Both the position numbers and the translations under genes were made by a program. The notes beneath the pieces are model-generated. The model ran no database searches. It was given only the letters and a program-made list of their open reading frames with translations, and was not told where the DNA came from. Below, in pieces: positions 12,001-23,554 of a stretch of 64,000 nucleotides of DNA (positions within the stretch are counted from its first letter, which is position 1; every line of letters starts with the position of its first letter). The stretch is from Selaginella moellendorffii (lineage: Eukaryota; Plantae; Lycopodiophyta). The DNA is taken from assembly GCF_000143415.4 (NCBI RefSeq), contig NW_003314324.1, forward strand, positions 124,001 to 188,000. The letters are read 5' to 3'.

Positions 12001-13896
12001 AGCAATCTTGGCTCCAGACGATAGGTCAAAGTCAAAGAGATCAGAATACTCCTTCATGAGCCAGTCAACTGCTGCAACACAAAGATCGTCGAAGGGATCG
12101 GCAAAGGGAAGAGTAGAACAAGATGGAAACACAGGAGGAAATAGTGGGGGAACAAAAGTAATGGAAGCAGAGGTAGAAGTAGAGGGACGAAGAGGTACGG
12201 AAGTGAGAGGAATGGATGAAACATAAGGAAGTATGAGATAAGGGGGAGAAGCTTCAAAGTCACACTTGGCATGATTGCGCTGCAACCAATCCATACCAAA
12301 AATGAGGTCAAAAGCTTGACTCGGCACCACCCGCAACGACTGCAACTCAAGCTCGAGATCGCCCACACGCACAACCAGGTCTGCCTCATCCCGTGCACAT
12401 GCATGTGTACAGCTATTGCCATAAAGAATGAAAACTAGTTCCGCCGCACGACGCAAGTGTAGACGACAACGTGTGGCAACAGGTCGAGCAATAAAAGATA
12501 AACTCGAACCTGTATCAACCAACACAGAGAGAATAATAGGAGACCTCTTGTTATAAAGATGAGTTTGGAAAGTAAACACTGGATGAACTGGTGCCGAGTG
12601 AACCCCTTGATGATACTCCCGAAAGAAAGATGGAGGGGTCACTGACTTATTCGCGCAAGGTCCCTTCGTTACTCGTGTGACTCTTCATTTACCGGATGCA
12701 TCTCGGTGTCCAAACCTTCCACTGCAGCAGCACCAACGGGACGTTGTTGATGCCAAGGTCTCCACCTAGGAAATGGAGGTTGCCAATCCGGAAAGCGCCG
12801 ACAACGCTGATAAGTATGACTAACTTCATCACACGCCCAGCAACGAACATCACGGTCACAACCACGTCCTCGCCCTTGTCCTTGGACTCGAGTAGCAGCA
12901 GCATCAACCTCCATTGGAACAAGACCATCACTCATAGGAAGTGGAGTGGAAGGATGTGTAGCGAGAAGTGGAAGAGGCGACGTCTCATAATGTTGTGCCA
13001 AGCGAAGAGCATCGTCAAGGGTGGCAGGAGCAAAGTGCTGGCCACAACATTCCTAGCTTGATCCGCTTCGACATATTGGGCTCCGCATGAAGCAAAAGAC
13101 TTCGGAAATGAATGCCAAATTGCATCACCGACTCAGATGGCCCTTGGCGAAGACGATGCAATTGTTGGAAGGCATCGTCACAATCGTTGGCATGTCCGAA
13201 GGCACGTTTGAAGATGTCTGGAAGAACACTCCAATCCTCACGAGTGGCTACACTCAATCCATTGTACCATTGCAACGCCGTCCCTTGGAGACACGTGGGA
13301 AACTCACGTAAACGTTGAGCATCATCCTAAGAATGATATGTGGCAATCACCGTGAAGTGATCGAACCAATGGTACACATCATCCCCAGGATTCCCACGAA
13401 AGAACTTCGGCTGAACACAAGGATTGGCACCAAAAGTAGGAGGAGTTGGACCACGTGCCGTAAATGCCGCCATCAATTGAGTTTGGTTGTTCAATTGCAA
13501 GCGCATAGCATCAAGCAATTGGACCAATTGCTGCTCTAGAGTCAAAGGAGGAGATTGCTGATTCGCCATGAAGACGGACGAAGAAAGAGCAAATGAAGAG
13601 AAACGACAAAAACAAGAAGGAAATGGGAGATCTAAATAATGCAAAAAGCTAGATCTAAACTAAAATCCCAAATTCAAGCACTCCTCAAGGACAATCAAAA
13701 GTGCCCCTCACCTCCACCAATGTGAGTGCTTGGAATATGGAAAAGGGAATACAGAAATGTGCATCTCAATTAGCCCAAAAACCCTAGCTTATATACAGGA
13801 GCGAGTGGTCTGGATTGAAATTAATCTAACGGCTACCAAAATCCCACTACGCTAATATTAGTATACAGCATTGTAGCTGTACACTTGGCCCTCATA
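9002..13896 (-). mobile_element. Ty3/Gypsy LTR retrotransposon, family B (no chromodomain seen), full length but degenerate
   Basis: ~176 bp LTRs at 9002-9177 and 13721-13896. PBS TGGTGGAGGTGAGGGG (tRNA-Ala-like) and PPT GAGAGGAGGGGATGA. Domain order gag-PR-RT-RH-INT. No clean TSD. Confidence 0.93.
9210..13566 (-). pseudogene. gag-pol of Gypsy B, frameshifted and with stops
   Basis: Gag (QPKFFRGNPGDDVYHWF; knuckle-like CWACDEVSHTYQRC), protease LVDTGSS, RT KPDGSIRFYIDYRPLN...FINDVLI, RNase H VDASDIGLGGVL, integrase HHCC (H..GGHMG...CVWCQ), SDNGPAF, AYHPQLNGLVE and WKGPY. Confidence 0.9.
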
Positions 13897-14213
13897 TCTA
13901 TTATTAATAGTAAAAATAATAATTATATAAATAATAATAATCTAGCTTGTGCCTTAAAATCTGAGATCATCCATCCAAGTATTCAAATACGTTCCAAGGA
14001 GCACTGACATTCAAGGAAACCTACACCACGTTGGTCTCCCAACTTTCATGATTTAGAATGGAGGCATTTGAATTGTTTTGTTTCCCGCTTATTCAAATTT
14101 TAAGCTCTAGATCTTGAATTTCCAGGAAGGATGGATCCTTTCTAAGAAGAAACCAGCCATCACTATCATGAATCACCAAGCTCAAGGTTACTTGAAATGG
14201 TGCCATTGGTAAG

Positions 14214-14866
14214 TTAGACATTTCCGCTCTTAGGATGTTTCAATTTGAGCATACTCTTTGTGGGGCTCATGCGTGCTGCACAAACCAGGGTGACACTTAT
14301 CAAAGCCGATCCTAAACTCGTCACTCCTGAGGAACTCGAGAGGAACATACCGGGAGCAAACCAGGGACTCCGAGGAAACGGCTCGCAGAAGAGCGCCTCC
14401 ATGTCTTCGCCAACAAAACTCGACGGGTGAGCAAGGCGTAGAGAAAAGGTGCAGCGATCGACACCATCTTGTTCCCGAGGCTGCTGTTATCCAGCCAGAG
14501 GATGAACTTGCAATCACTGTTCTCCGTGGCCGTGCTCGAGTTAAACCAAGTCTGGGGATTATCTCTCGTGCAGCGAGCAGGGAACTCCTCGTAAGAACGA
14601 AACCTGTCAATGAGATACTCCAATGGTACGCATTCCCAGCCTCTCTTACCGTAGCGATGCTGCTCAAACCGGCTCTTGCATTTACCATGGTCTTCTCGTG
14701 CAGGCAGCAGATTATAAAAGTTTGCTCGAGAAGAACTTGCATCGTTCGTAGCACTGTGGTTGCTTCTTTGGTCCCTGGAGATGAAAAACTTAATCTTCTC
14801 TTGCTGGAACCAAACTACTGCCAGGAAGAAGAGGACGATGGTTGCCGCCTCTAAAGCTGTTGACAT
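14214..14866 (-). pseudogene. Truncated, frameshifted GT37 fucosyltransferase paralogue
   Basis: FILWLDNSSLGNKMVSIAAPFLYALLTRRVLL and (shifted frame) MEALFCEPFPRSPWFAP match 16082-17644. The C-terminal ~60% is absent. Confidence 0.85.
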
Positions 14867-15003
14867 TGGGCGAAGTTTCTACCTGGTAACTTGCTTCATC
14901 TAGCAAAGTCCATTAAACACTACAATCTAAGCTATGGATTCTTTGTCAAAAGAATTGTCACGAGTTGCTAGTTTCTTCTTGTGCTTTTCATACCCTTGGA
15001 AAA

Positions 15004-15058
15004 GGGGATGTAGCTCAGACGGTAGAGCGCTATGCGGGATCGATACCCGGCATCTCCA
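15004..15058 (+). pseudogene. tRNA-Ala remnant lacking the anticodon arm
   Basis: GGGGATGTAGCTCAGACGGTAGAGCGCT-ATGC-GGGATCGATACCCGGCATCTCCA matches both ends of plant cytosolic tRNA-Ala, with the central ~18 nt missing. Confidence 0.85.
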
Positions 15059-16081
15059 TTCTTACCAAACTACATTTATTCGGCTCCTTATGTGGAAGAG
15101 AGACGCAATATCTTTCAAGTGATCAACCCTGGATAGACTGGCCAGCCCAGGGACCTGAGGGATAGTCTTGTAGAGCCGATCCCGATCCCAGGTTCGAACT
15201 GCCTGGAAGAAGAGGGACCCTCAAATAAAACAAACTGATCACTCCTTTAAATTTCCAAGGCAACATGGGGCACGGATTCGAACTTGTGACTCCCATGTAC
15301 TAAAATTTCTGCTGCGTAGCTTGAAAATGATTTTTTGGCGCCTAGATCTTCCTAGGGTTGCAAATGGGGCAAGGCCATGGCGGCATCGCGCTCTCAGGTA
15401 CTCTTCCTTGTCCCTGGCTGGATTACGTCGCGCTTGATCTTGGAATTTTTCTGGATTACGTCGTCCTGAGCTTGATCTTGGAAGCTTTCTAGTCCTGCCT
15501 CCCATAACTAGCATACTCTCAAGCTAGAATCACTCGCATTCTTGCCATAGGCACGCGTTAGAACGGACTTTTGAGAGCGTGCTTCTGAAATTCTCCTTCT
15601 CTCAGTTGCAATGTTTGTAATGAATGATTTTTGTTACGTAAATTGTAGGTCGGGAGTACAATTTCAGATTGAAAATGCGCAGGTTCACTGCAGATCCTTG
15701 AAAAGAGCACGGCCGTGGCTCCAAAAAACAATCTGGGAACTTCGTGCTGCCACTGGTACGTTGTAGATTTGTTTCGGGAGCCTGCAAAGTACTCTGGACT
15801 TTGTTTTGGGCGGATATAGAAACATGCGTGGAGTCGATCGCCAACAGTTACCGATGTCTGGCAGAAAAAAAATGCTTTTGTGACTAAACTTGTACACCTC
15901 TGGAACATTTATTTCTCCAAAAACAACTTATTCGTGGAGCGTTTATCCATCTGAGACATCTTGAGCTTAGGTGAATGATCGACTTTAAGGTTCTTTCCTT
16001 GTTTTCCTATTGTGTTTTTTCATTATGGTGCAATTTTTACAGGCTCCCGGCATATCGTTTTCTCGTGCCATTTTGTTGAGA

Positions 16082-17644
16082 TCAAAAACGAGGTGGGACG
16101 AGCTGAATTCCCCACGTTAAGTCCGGGCAGCTTTGGATATTGTTTTGGACGGCCTTCGCAGGGTTGAGCGATTCACAATCACAGCCGTAAAAAACTCTCG
16201 CGTGGAAGCAAGGCTCTATGGAATCCAACCTGGAGCAGTTCCTTTCATTTAAGAGCCACGGCTTGAGTCCACCCAGGCTTTGAGCAACGTATCCAAACGT
16301 GGAACCGGGGCTCGTAACCAGCTCGTCACACAACGAGAGCAGGAAAATCTCGGCCAGGGCCTTCTCGTCGTGCTTGAGGTCGTTAGTCTGCTGCCATCGC
16401 TCGTTACTCGGTGCAAAAACTCGGATCAAAGAACCATCGATTGTTGGAGAGTTGAGATAAACTTCTTTAAGATCATCGGAGTAATCTTCGTCCAGCGATG
16501 TCACAACAACACCTATGATGTCTCTGGAGGATCCACAAGCTCTACAATCTCTTGGCGACGTCGAGTATGGTGGTACTACTTTGGGAAGCACATTGCTTTG
16601 GTGGAGACACTGGATCATTGCGGCTGAGAACCTCTCTCTTGCATGGAATCCACCCAAGCTATATTCGAGATCAGGCAGCATTCTTAGTTGGACGCCGACA
16701 AGCTTGCTCGAGCCAGCCATATAAGCATCGTAAAATCTCGTCACTCTACCCCAGACTTCGTTAGAGGGATGGAAGAGATGCTTCGCTAAGTGGTGGAACA
16801 CCGCCTCTTGCCGTGGAAAGAGCTTGTCTAGCTCGGTTCTGAATTTTGGAACGTAGTACAAGCTTGGGACAAAATACAGGTTTGCTCTGATCGACAACCA
16901 TGCAATCTGGTCGCTGATGATTTGCTGTTGTTTCCCGCAGAAGAATTTGTCGCCGATATCAGCGACTCCGTCCATTATCTCGATGTAACCGTACCTTGCA
17001 AAGTTAGCACCGGCTTCGCATTTTTCAAACTTGAGCTTAAACTTGTCACTCTCGACAAACTGGAACGGAAAGTCCCGGGGAGCAAACCATGAACTCCGAG
17101 GAAATGGCTCGCAGAAGAGCTCGTCCATGTCTTTCCCTGGGTCAATTAACAAAACTCGACGGGTGAGCAAGGCGTAGAGGAAAGCCGCAGCAATCGACAC
17201 CATCTTGTTCCCGAGGCCACTATAGTTCAGCCAAAGGATGAACTTGTAATCGCTGTTCTTCGCGGCTGTGGAGTTGAACCAAGTCTGGAGATAACCTCTG
17301 GTGCAGCGAGCATGGAACTCGTCGTAAGAACGAAGCCTGGCGATGAGGTACTCCGATGGTACGTATTCCCAGGGCTTTTTCCTGTAACGATGCTGCTCAA
17401 TCCGACTCTTACATTGATGATGCTCATTTTGTGCAGGTAGTGGACTATGAGAAGTTCTGATGGAATCACCTTCTTTTCTTCCACTGATCAGATTGAAGCT
17501 GCTCCGCTTGTTCCAGGTGATCAAAACTTTAGTCCTCCCTTCCTGGAACCAAACTGCGGCAGAGTAGAATAATATATAGACGAAGACAAGTGCTCCTGAG
17601 GCTCTCCTCAGCGTCGACATGTAAAGAGTTTCCATGAAGACCAC
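16082..17644 (-). CDS. Galactoside 2-alpha-L-fucosyltransferase (GT37, xyloglucan FUT1/MUR2 family); first ATG at 17635
   Basis: Intronless ~520 aa ORF with an N-terminal TM anchor and motifs SGLGNKMVS, YALLTRRVLLID, LFCEPFP, LFHPSNEVW, GVQLR, ALAEIFLLSLCDELVTSPGSTFGYVAQSLGGLKPW and EPCFH. Confidence 0.93.
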   Translation of the reverse strand: MVFMETLYMSTLRRASGALVFVYILFYSAAVWFQEGRTKVLITWNKRSSFNLISGRKEGDSIRTSHSPLPAQNEHHQCKSRIEQHRYRKKPWEYVPSEYLIARLRSYDEFHARCTRGYLQTWFNSTAAKNSDYKFILWLNYSGLGNKMVSIAAAFLYALLTRRVLLIDPGKDMDELFCEPFPRSSWFAPRDFPFQFVESDKFKLKFEKCEAGANFARYGYIEIMDGVADIGDKFFCGKQQQIISDQIAWLSIRANLYFVPSLYYVPKFRTELDKLFPRQEAVFHHLAKHLFHPSNEVWGRVTRFYDAYMAGSSKLVGVQLRMLPDLEYSLGGFHARERFSAAMIQCLHQSNVLPKVVPPYSTSPRDCRACGSSRDIIGVVVTSLDEDYSDDLKEVYLNSPTIDGSLIRVFAPSNERWQQTNDLKHDEKALAEIFLLSLCDELVTSPGSTFGYVAQSLGGLKPWLLNERNCSRLDSIEPCFHARVFYGCDCESLNPAKAVQNNIQSCPDLTWGIQLVPPRF

Positions 17645-18266
17645 TTGGTAAGCTACTTATGGTTGGCCATTGTCTATTTTTCTTGAACACTACATTCTAA
17701 GTTGCTTTGTTGGCTGCTAGTGACTTGCATCACGAACTCGGCATTTTGCGTCGAGCAGTTTTCCACTTTGCCAAAAAGCTCTGCTGGCACAACCTCTCCG
17801 GCTGAGTTGGCCGCCACCGCGCGAATATTTCATGGTATTTTGCAATTTCGAATTGCTGTTTTTTTGTCGCTGCTATTCGTCTCTTTTCAGGGATCAATTT
17901 TGCGGATTTATCTGTGGTGTTGCAGTCATGGAAAATATGCATTTGCGCACTCCAACTCTCATTCAATACGTTTGTGGAAACTTATTTGCCAACACGCAGG
18001 TCGGAAGCCGGCACAAAAGAGTAACTTACACTGCTGTTGGAGGTATGTCACTTCTAGATCACACCTTGTGGGAGTCAAACACAGTCAGATGCCTTGTCTG
18101 TTTGGCCACAGGAGCTGCTTTACAAGCAGGAATGGAACTCCTCTTTTTGGTTTTCCTAACCTTCTATGGTCAATACTCGGTTTCATCATATTCTTCTACT
18201 TTTCTCCGGCTGTTCTTCTTGGAAGGCGACTGCGGGGAGTAAGGAGCAGCGAGGCTGGTAAGCAAA

Positions 18267-21200
18267 ATGCTTAGTTGGCCTCAGGTTTTGATCTTGATGG
18301 CTCGTTCTGTGTTTCTGGTTCTGTTGCTGCTTGCAGGCTTGATCCTCTCTTCGGCTGCACAACAACAAGATGCCATCGAGAACGGAAACAGCAGCAACGG
18401 TGAGGAGGTCCAGGTACTGTTGGAGTTTAGAAAATGCATCAAAGCGGATCCATCCGGTCTTCTGGACAAGTGGGCTTTGCGGAGGAGCCCAGTTTGCGGC
18501 TGGCCTGGAATCGCATGCAGGCACGGCCGAGTTCGCGCTCTCAATCTTTCCGGCTTGGGTCTGGAGGGCGCCATATCGCCGCAGATCGCCGCGCTGAGGC
18601 ACTTGGCTGTGTTGGATTTGCAGACCAACAATTTATCGGGAAGCATTCCTTCCGAGCTCGGCAACTGCACATCGCTCCAGGGGCTGTTTCTAGCTTCCAA
18701 CCTACTCACAGGAGCCATCCCTCATTCGCTCGGCAACCTTCATCGCCTTCGGGGCCTCCATCTCCACGAGAATCTGCTGCACGGCTCAATACCACCTTCG
18801 CTCGGGAACTGCTCATTGCTCACAGATTTAGAGCTCGCCAAGAATGGATTGACAGGAAGTATCCCTGAAGCGCTGGGCCGTCTGGAAATGCTTCAGAGCT
18901 TGTACCTCTTCGAAAACAGGCTAACGGGAAGGATTCCAGAACAGATTGGGGGCCTCACACGACTGGAAGAACTCATACTATACTCCAACAAGTTGAGCGG
19001 AAGCATACCACCTTCATTTGGCCAGCTTCGAAGGTTGAGACTTCTCTACCTCTACGCCAACGAGCTGGAAGGATCCATACCACCGGTTTTGTCAAATTGC
19101 TCCCAGCTTGAAGATGTGGAGCTCTCTCAAAACCGGCTAACCGGCAGCATACCGACCGAGCTCGGCTCCTTGAAGAAGTTGGCCTTCTTATCCATTTTCG
19201 AGACCAATCTCACTGGTTCCATTCCCGATGAGCTCGGCCACCTGGATGAACTCAGCGAACTTCTGCTCTACTCGAACAGGCTAACCGGCAGCTTGCCTCA
19301 GTCACTGGGGAGATTGACGAAGCTCACCACCTTGTCCTTGTATGACAACAATCTCACTGGGGAATTGCCGGCTTCGCTTGGGAACTGCAGCATGCTAGTG
19401 GATGTAGAGCTGCAGATGAATAACTTCTCTGGAGGCTTACCACCTTCGCTTGCTCTTCTCGGGGAACTTCAAGTGTTTCGGATGATGAGCAACCGGTTAT
19501 CGGGTCCGTTTCCTTCGGCTCTTACGAACTGTACGCAGCTCAAGGTGCTGGATTTGGGGGATAATCACTTCTCGGGTAACGTTCCTGAAGAAATCGGCAG
19601 CTTGGTCCGACTACAACAACTCCAGCTGTACGAGAATGAATTCAGCGGCCCGATTCCATCGAGTCTTGGCACACTTACGGAGCTGTATCACTTGGCTATG
19701 TCTTACAACAGGCTCAGCGGCAGCATTCCTGATAGCTTTGCCTCTCTGGCGAGCATCCAGGGGATTTACTTGCACGGGAATTATCTCTCAGGGGAGGTTC
19801 CGTTTGCGGCTCTCAGGAGGTGTTCGCATTTGGAGGTGCTCGTGCTGTCTTATAACAAGTTGGAAGGATTTCTATCGGAAGAGCTTGGTGACATGCAGAG
19901 CCTGACCGGCTTGAGACTGGACGAAAATAAGTTTCGAGGAAGTATTCCCGCGAGCGTGGGCAGGCTTACCAAACTTCAGCTGTTTAACCTCTCGAACAAC
20001 ATGCTCTCAGGTCTCTTACCCGCAGGTCTTGGAAATTTGCACGATTTGCAGGTTAGCTTCGATTTGTCTCACAATTCCTTGGCTGGCCCAATCCCGTCGT
20101 GGATCAAGAACATGGACAAGGTTCTCTCAATATCTCTTGCATCAAACTCCCTCTCAGGAGAAATTCCAAGCAGCATTTCTGACTGCAAAGGCCTGCAAAG
20201 CTTGGATCTTTCTTCTAACGGGTTGGTCGGTCAGATACCCGAAGGACTTGGTACGCTCAAGTCGCTCGTGACTTTGGATCTTTCTTCTAACAACTTAACG
20301 GGCAGAATACCGAAGTCGCTGGCAACTCTGTCGGGTTTGAGCTCCCTCAACGTCTCCATGAACAATCTTCAAGGACCTGTCCCGCAGGAAGGTGTTTTTC
20401 TCAAGCTCAACTTGAGCTCTTTGGGTGGGAATCCAGGTTTGTGCGGCGAGCGTGTGAAGAAAGCATGCCAGGACGAGTCATCAGCAGCTTCAGCTTCAAA
20501 GCACAGGTCTATGGGGAAAGTGGGTGCGACATTAGTGATTTCTGCTGCAATTTTCATTCTAGTGGCAGCTTTGGGTTGGTGGTTCCTCTTGGATCGCTGG
20601 AGGATCAAGCAACTTGAAGTCACTGGCAGCAGAAGTCCTAGAATGACTTTTTCTCCTGCAGGTCTCAAAGCCTACACGGCCTCTGAGCTGTCAGCAATGA
20701 CTGATTGCTTCAGCGAGGCGAACCTTCTGGGAGCAGGCGGATTCAGCAAGGTCTACAAGGGAACCAACGCACTCAACGGCGAGACAGTCGCAGTCAAAGT
20801 GCTGAGTTCTAGCTGCGTTGACTTGAAGAGCTTTGTTTCCGAAGTCAACATGCTGGATGTGCTGAAGCACAGGAACCTCGTCAAAGTCCTGGGTTACTGC
20901 TGGACGTGGGAGGTCAAAGCTCTCGTCCTGGAGTTCATGCCTAACGGATCGCTGGCCAGCTTTGCAGCGAGAAATAGCCACCGATTGGATTGGAAAATAA
21001 GACTTACGATAGCTGAAGGTATTGCACAGGGACTGTATTACATGCACAACCAGCTCAAAGACCCGGTTATTCACTGCGACTTGAAGCCAGGAAATGTTCT
21101 TTTAGATGCAGGCTTAAGTCCCCACGTTGCAGACTTTGGCCTTTCCAAGTTGGTCCATGGTGAGAATGGTGAAACTTCTGTGAGTGCTTTCAAAGGAACC

Positions 21201-21606
21201 ATTGGCTATGCTCCACCAGGTACTGTCTGTCTCTCTCAGATTGGTCCAGGTCGCTCAACTTTTGCTGTCCCTGTTTTGCTGCACAGAGTATGGAACTTCG
21301 TACCGAGTTTCCACCAAAGGCGATGTCTACAGCTATGGAGTGGTGCTTTTGGAGCTCCTAACAGGTGTGGCTCCAAGCAGTGAGTGTCTCCGAGTGAGGG
21401 GCCAGACTCTGCGTGAGTGGATTCTAGATGAAGGAAGAGAGGATCTCTGCCAAGTGCTTGATCCAGCATTGGCTCTTGTTGATACTGATCATGGTGTAGA
21501 GATTCAGAACTTGGTGCAGGTGGGTCTTCTGTGCACAGCATACAACCCCAGTCAGCGTCCGAGCATCAAGGATGTGGTTGCAATGCTAGAGCAGCTCAAC
21601 CAATAG
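18267..21606 (+). CDS. LRR receptor-like kinase, subfamily XII/FLS2-like, non-RD; exons 18267-21219 and 21287-21606 (1090 aa)
   Basis: Signal peptide, LRRNT (W...VCGWPGIAC), 26 LRRs by manual count, GNPGLCG cap, TM segment, and kinase with GAGGFSKVYKG, HCDLKPGN and DFG. A 67-nt GT-AG intron at GYAPP|EYG sits in the usual position, and the spliced frame closes exactly. Confidence 0.95.
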
Positions 21607-21858
21607 TTCAACAACACGAGATTTTGTAATATCCTATACACTGTATAATGCTCGAGCTCTTGATTCGAAGTCCAATGCTACTTATTTCATCGTCGCTAAA
21701 TGTGAAATGGTGCTAATGATACACTTGAAAAATCCTTTTTGTAAGATCCAAAAGTAATATTTACCTTCTTTCTGGAAATTTCTAGTCGATAATGTAGAGA
21801 AGGTGAATTTGACTTCCAAAATCATTCCTTCTTTCCTGACTTTTGTGCAAGCCAGTTT

Positions 21859-22200
21859 CCTAGGATAGCGGGATCTGAAGTCCCCATGGCATTGTTCTGG
21901 ACTTACGCTTGAAGAATCACAATTGCAGCTGTAGAACACCCTCGAGAAAGGCTCAGTGGAGTCTAGCTTTGGAGAACACGCTGGATAAACTTTGGGCTCC
22001 ACGAGATAGTCCTGGAAATTGGGCAGCACTCTCAATTGGACACTGACAAGCTTGCTCGAGGTAGCCCTGTAAGTATCGTAAAATCTGGTCCAGGCAGCGT
22101 TTGAGGGATGGAAGAGATACTTGGAACACTGCTGCCTCTTGCCGTGGAAAGAGCTTTGGAACGCAGTAAAAGCTTCGCGAAGTATCCCCAAGTTGATAAG
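21859..22200 (-). pseudogene. GT37 fucosyltransferase relic riddled with small deletions
   Basis: Fragments VPKLFPRQEAAVF, KYLFHPSNAAWTRFYDTY...KLVSVQLRVLP and LDSTEPFSRVFYSCNC are collinear with the C-terminal half of 16082-17644. Confidence 0.82.
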
Positions 22201-22702
22201 TCTGCTTGAGCCACTCTACCATACTGGAGGATGTGGAGCAGGCCTCTAGCATTTAGTCGATCTCCTGAGTTGGACCAGTAGTGGACATAAGGTGTCAAAG
22301 TCTGGGAGTTTGGAAGCATCCTTGTCGATCATAACCACTGAATAGAGCTCCAAGGGATCCAGACTGAAAACTTGAATTACTGGTTGTTCCGCAGTGACAA
22401 AGGGAGTATCTGCTTGTTGGAAACTCTACCCCTTCTGTAAACAAATGGGTAGACCTTTCACGTTGATCTGCATCATCAGGAGGAGGAGAAAAGATCAGGT
22501 TATAGAGTTTCATTAGATCCTTTGGGCCTTGAGAGCCTACTACTCACATCTGCCGCTTCTGGATATATATGCCTAGCAAATAAGGTGGCATGTGGTAAGT
22601 TGCACATTCGATTCCCTCTACCCGCTTTGTTTATGATCTCGAGAGTCGTACAACCTCTTCGTGACATAGTCGCGAGGTTTATGAACTGCATTTCACTCTA
22701 AA

Positions 22703-22737
22703 GGTTGTGGTCGGGGGTTCGAATCCCCCGAGTGGCG
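22703..22737 (+). pseudogene. tRNA 3'-half remnant (Lys-like), intact T-arm/B-box
   Basis: GTGGTCGGGGGTTCGAATCCCCCGAGTGGCG has a perfect T stem-loop and an acceptor-like 3' strand. No D or anticodon arm upstream. Confidence 0.55.
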
Positions 22738-22869
22738 GCTTTGCCTCGTGTTCCTTTCTCGCAGCATGGCGGCACCTTTTGCAGCGCGTACAGCACACTG
22801 TAGCCTACCGACACAGGCAACAACTAAATGTACAAATACATTGTACGAACGCATTTTCTGCGAGTATGG

Positions 22870-22897
22870 GGTCCCGAGTTCGACTCTCGGAACGCCC
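22870..22897 (+). pseudogene. tRNA-Pro 3'-half remnant
   Basis: GGTCCCGAGTTCGACTCTCGGAACGCCC is nearly identical to the 3' end of plant tRNA-Pro. The 5' half is missing. Confidence 0.75.
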
Positions 22898-23216
22898 TCC
22901 ATTCCAGGCTACCGACACACAACATCCACCTAGAAATTTCCAGTTTAGAAAAAATTGGAGATTCCTGGACATATCACTTCCACTATTTGCAGCACTATCC
23001 ACAGAAGAGGTGCCACCATGTATTTTCAACATAACACTTTTTTGACTTATCTCCAAAAGCCGCACTGTCGGCGGCCGAACGCAGCAGGCAGCCACTGCGT
23101 ACAGCTACCACGATACCAACGTGTCGATCCGCCCCGAACCAGCCATGCCCTGCATCGTTTACATGTTTAAACAAAGGTCATTACTCAGCAGTCCATCCCG
23201 AATCCTGAAACCACCA

Positions 23217-23225
23217 CTATATAAA
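23217..23225 (+). promoter_or_regulatory. TATA box of the defensin-like gene
   Basis: CTATATAAA about 95 nt upstream of ATG 23312. AATAAA poly(A) signal near 23623. Confidence 0.6.
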
Positions 23226-23311
23226 CGAGCAAGATCTGCACTGAGTTCAGCACATAAGTTTCGGTGAAGTTCTTTTCTGTTCTGTTCTAGAGTTCCATTG
23301 ATTCGATCGCA

Positions 23312-23554
23312 ATGGCCAAGGTCTCGTTCTTTTGCTTCGTGTTCGTGTTGCTGGTGGTGGCGAGTAGCCTGAGCGGGACGGATGCGGCGCACGGCTGTGT
23401 GGAGCACACGCTCACGTGCCTCAAGGGTGGAGACCGCCGCTGTGATGACTACTGCAGGAAGTGCCACTATGACAGCGGCAAGTGCCAGAAGTGCAACCAT
23501 GGTGTATGCCACATGAGGCAGTGCAAGTGCACTCAGCCCTGTGTTCCTTGCTAG
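23312..23554 (+). CDS. Secreted defensin-like cysteine-rich peptide (80 aa, 12 Cys in mature part)
   Basis: Hydrophobic signal peptide ending ...GTDA, CxxxC (CDDYC), GxC (GKC) and CxC (CKC) motifs, GC-rich codon usage, with TATA and poly(A) signals flanking. Confidence 0.85.
   Translation: MAKVSFFCFVFVLLVVASSLSGTDAAHGCVEHTLTCLKGGDRRCDDYCRKCHYDSGKCQKCNHGVCHMRQCKCTQPCVPC

Noticed and set aside
17702-18274. 190-aa and 136-aa ORFs between FUT and the RLK
   Set aside because: No recognisable domain and non-ATG or weak starts. The region is the shared divergent promoter/UTR.
21184-21606. Separate 140-aa kinase ORF
   Set aside because: It is exon 2 of the LRR-RLK.
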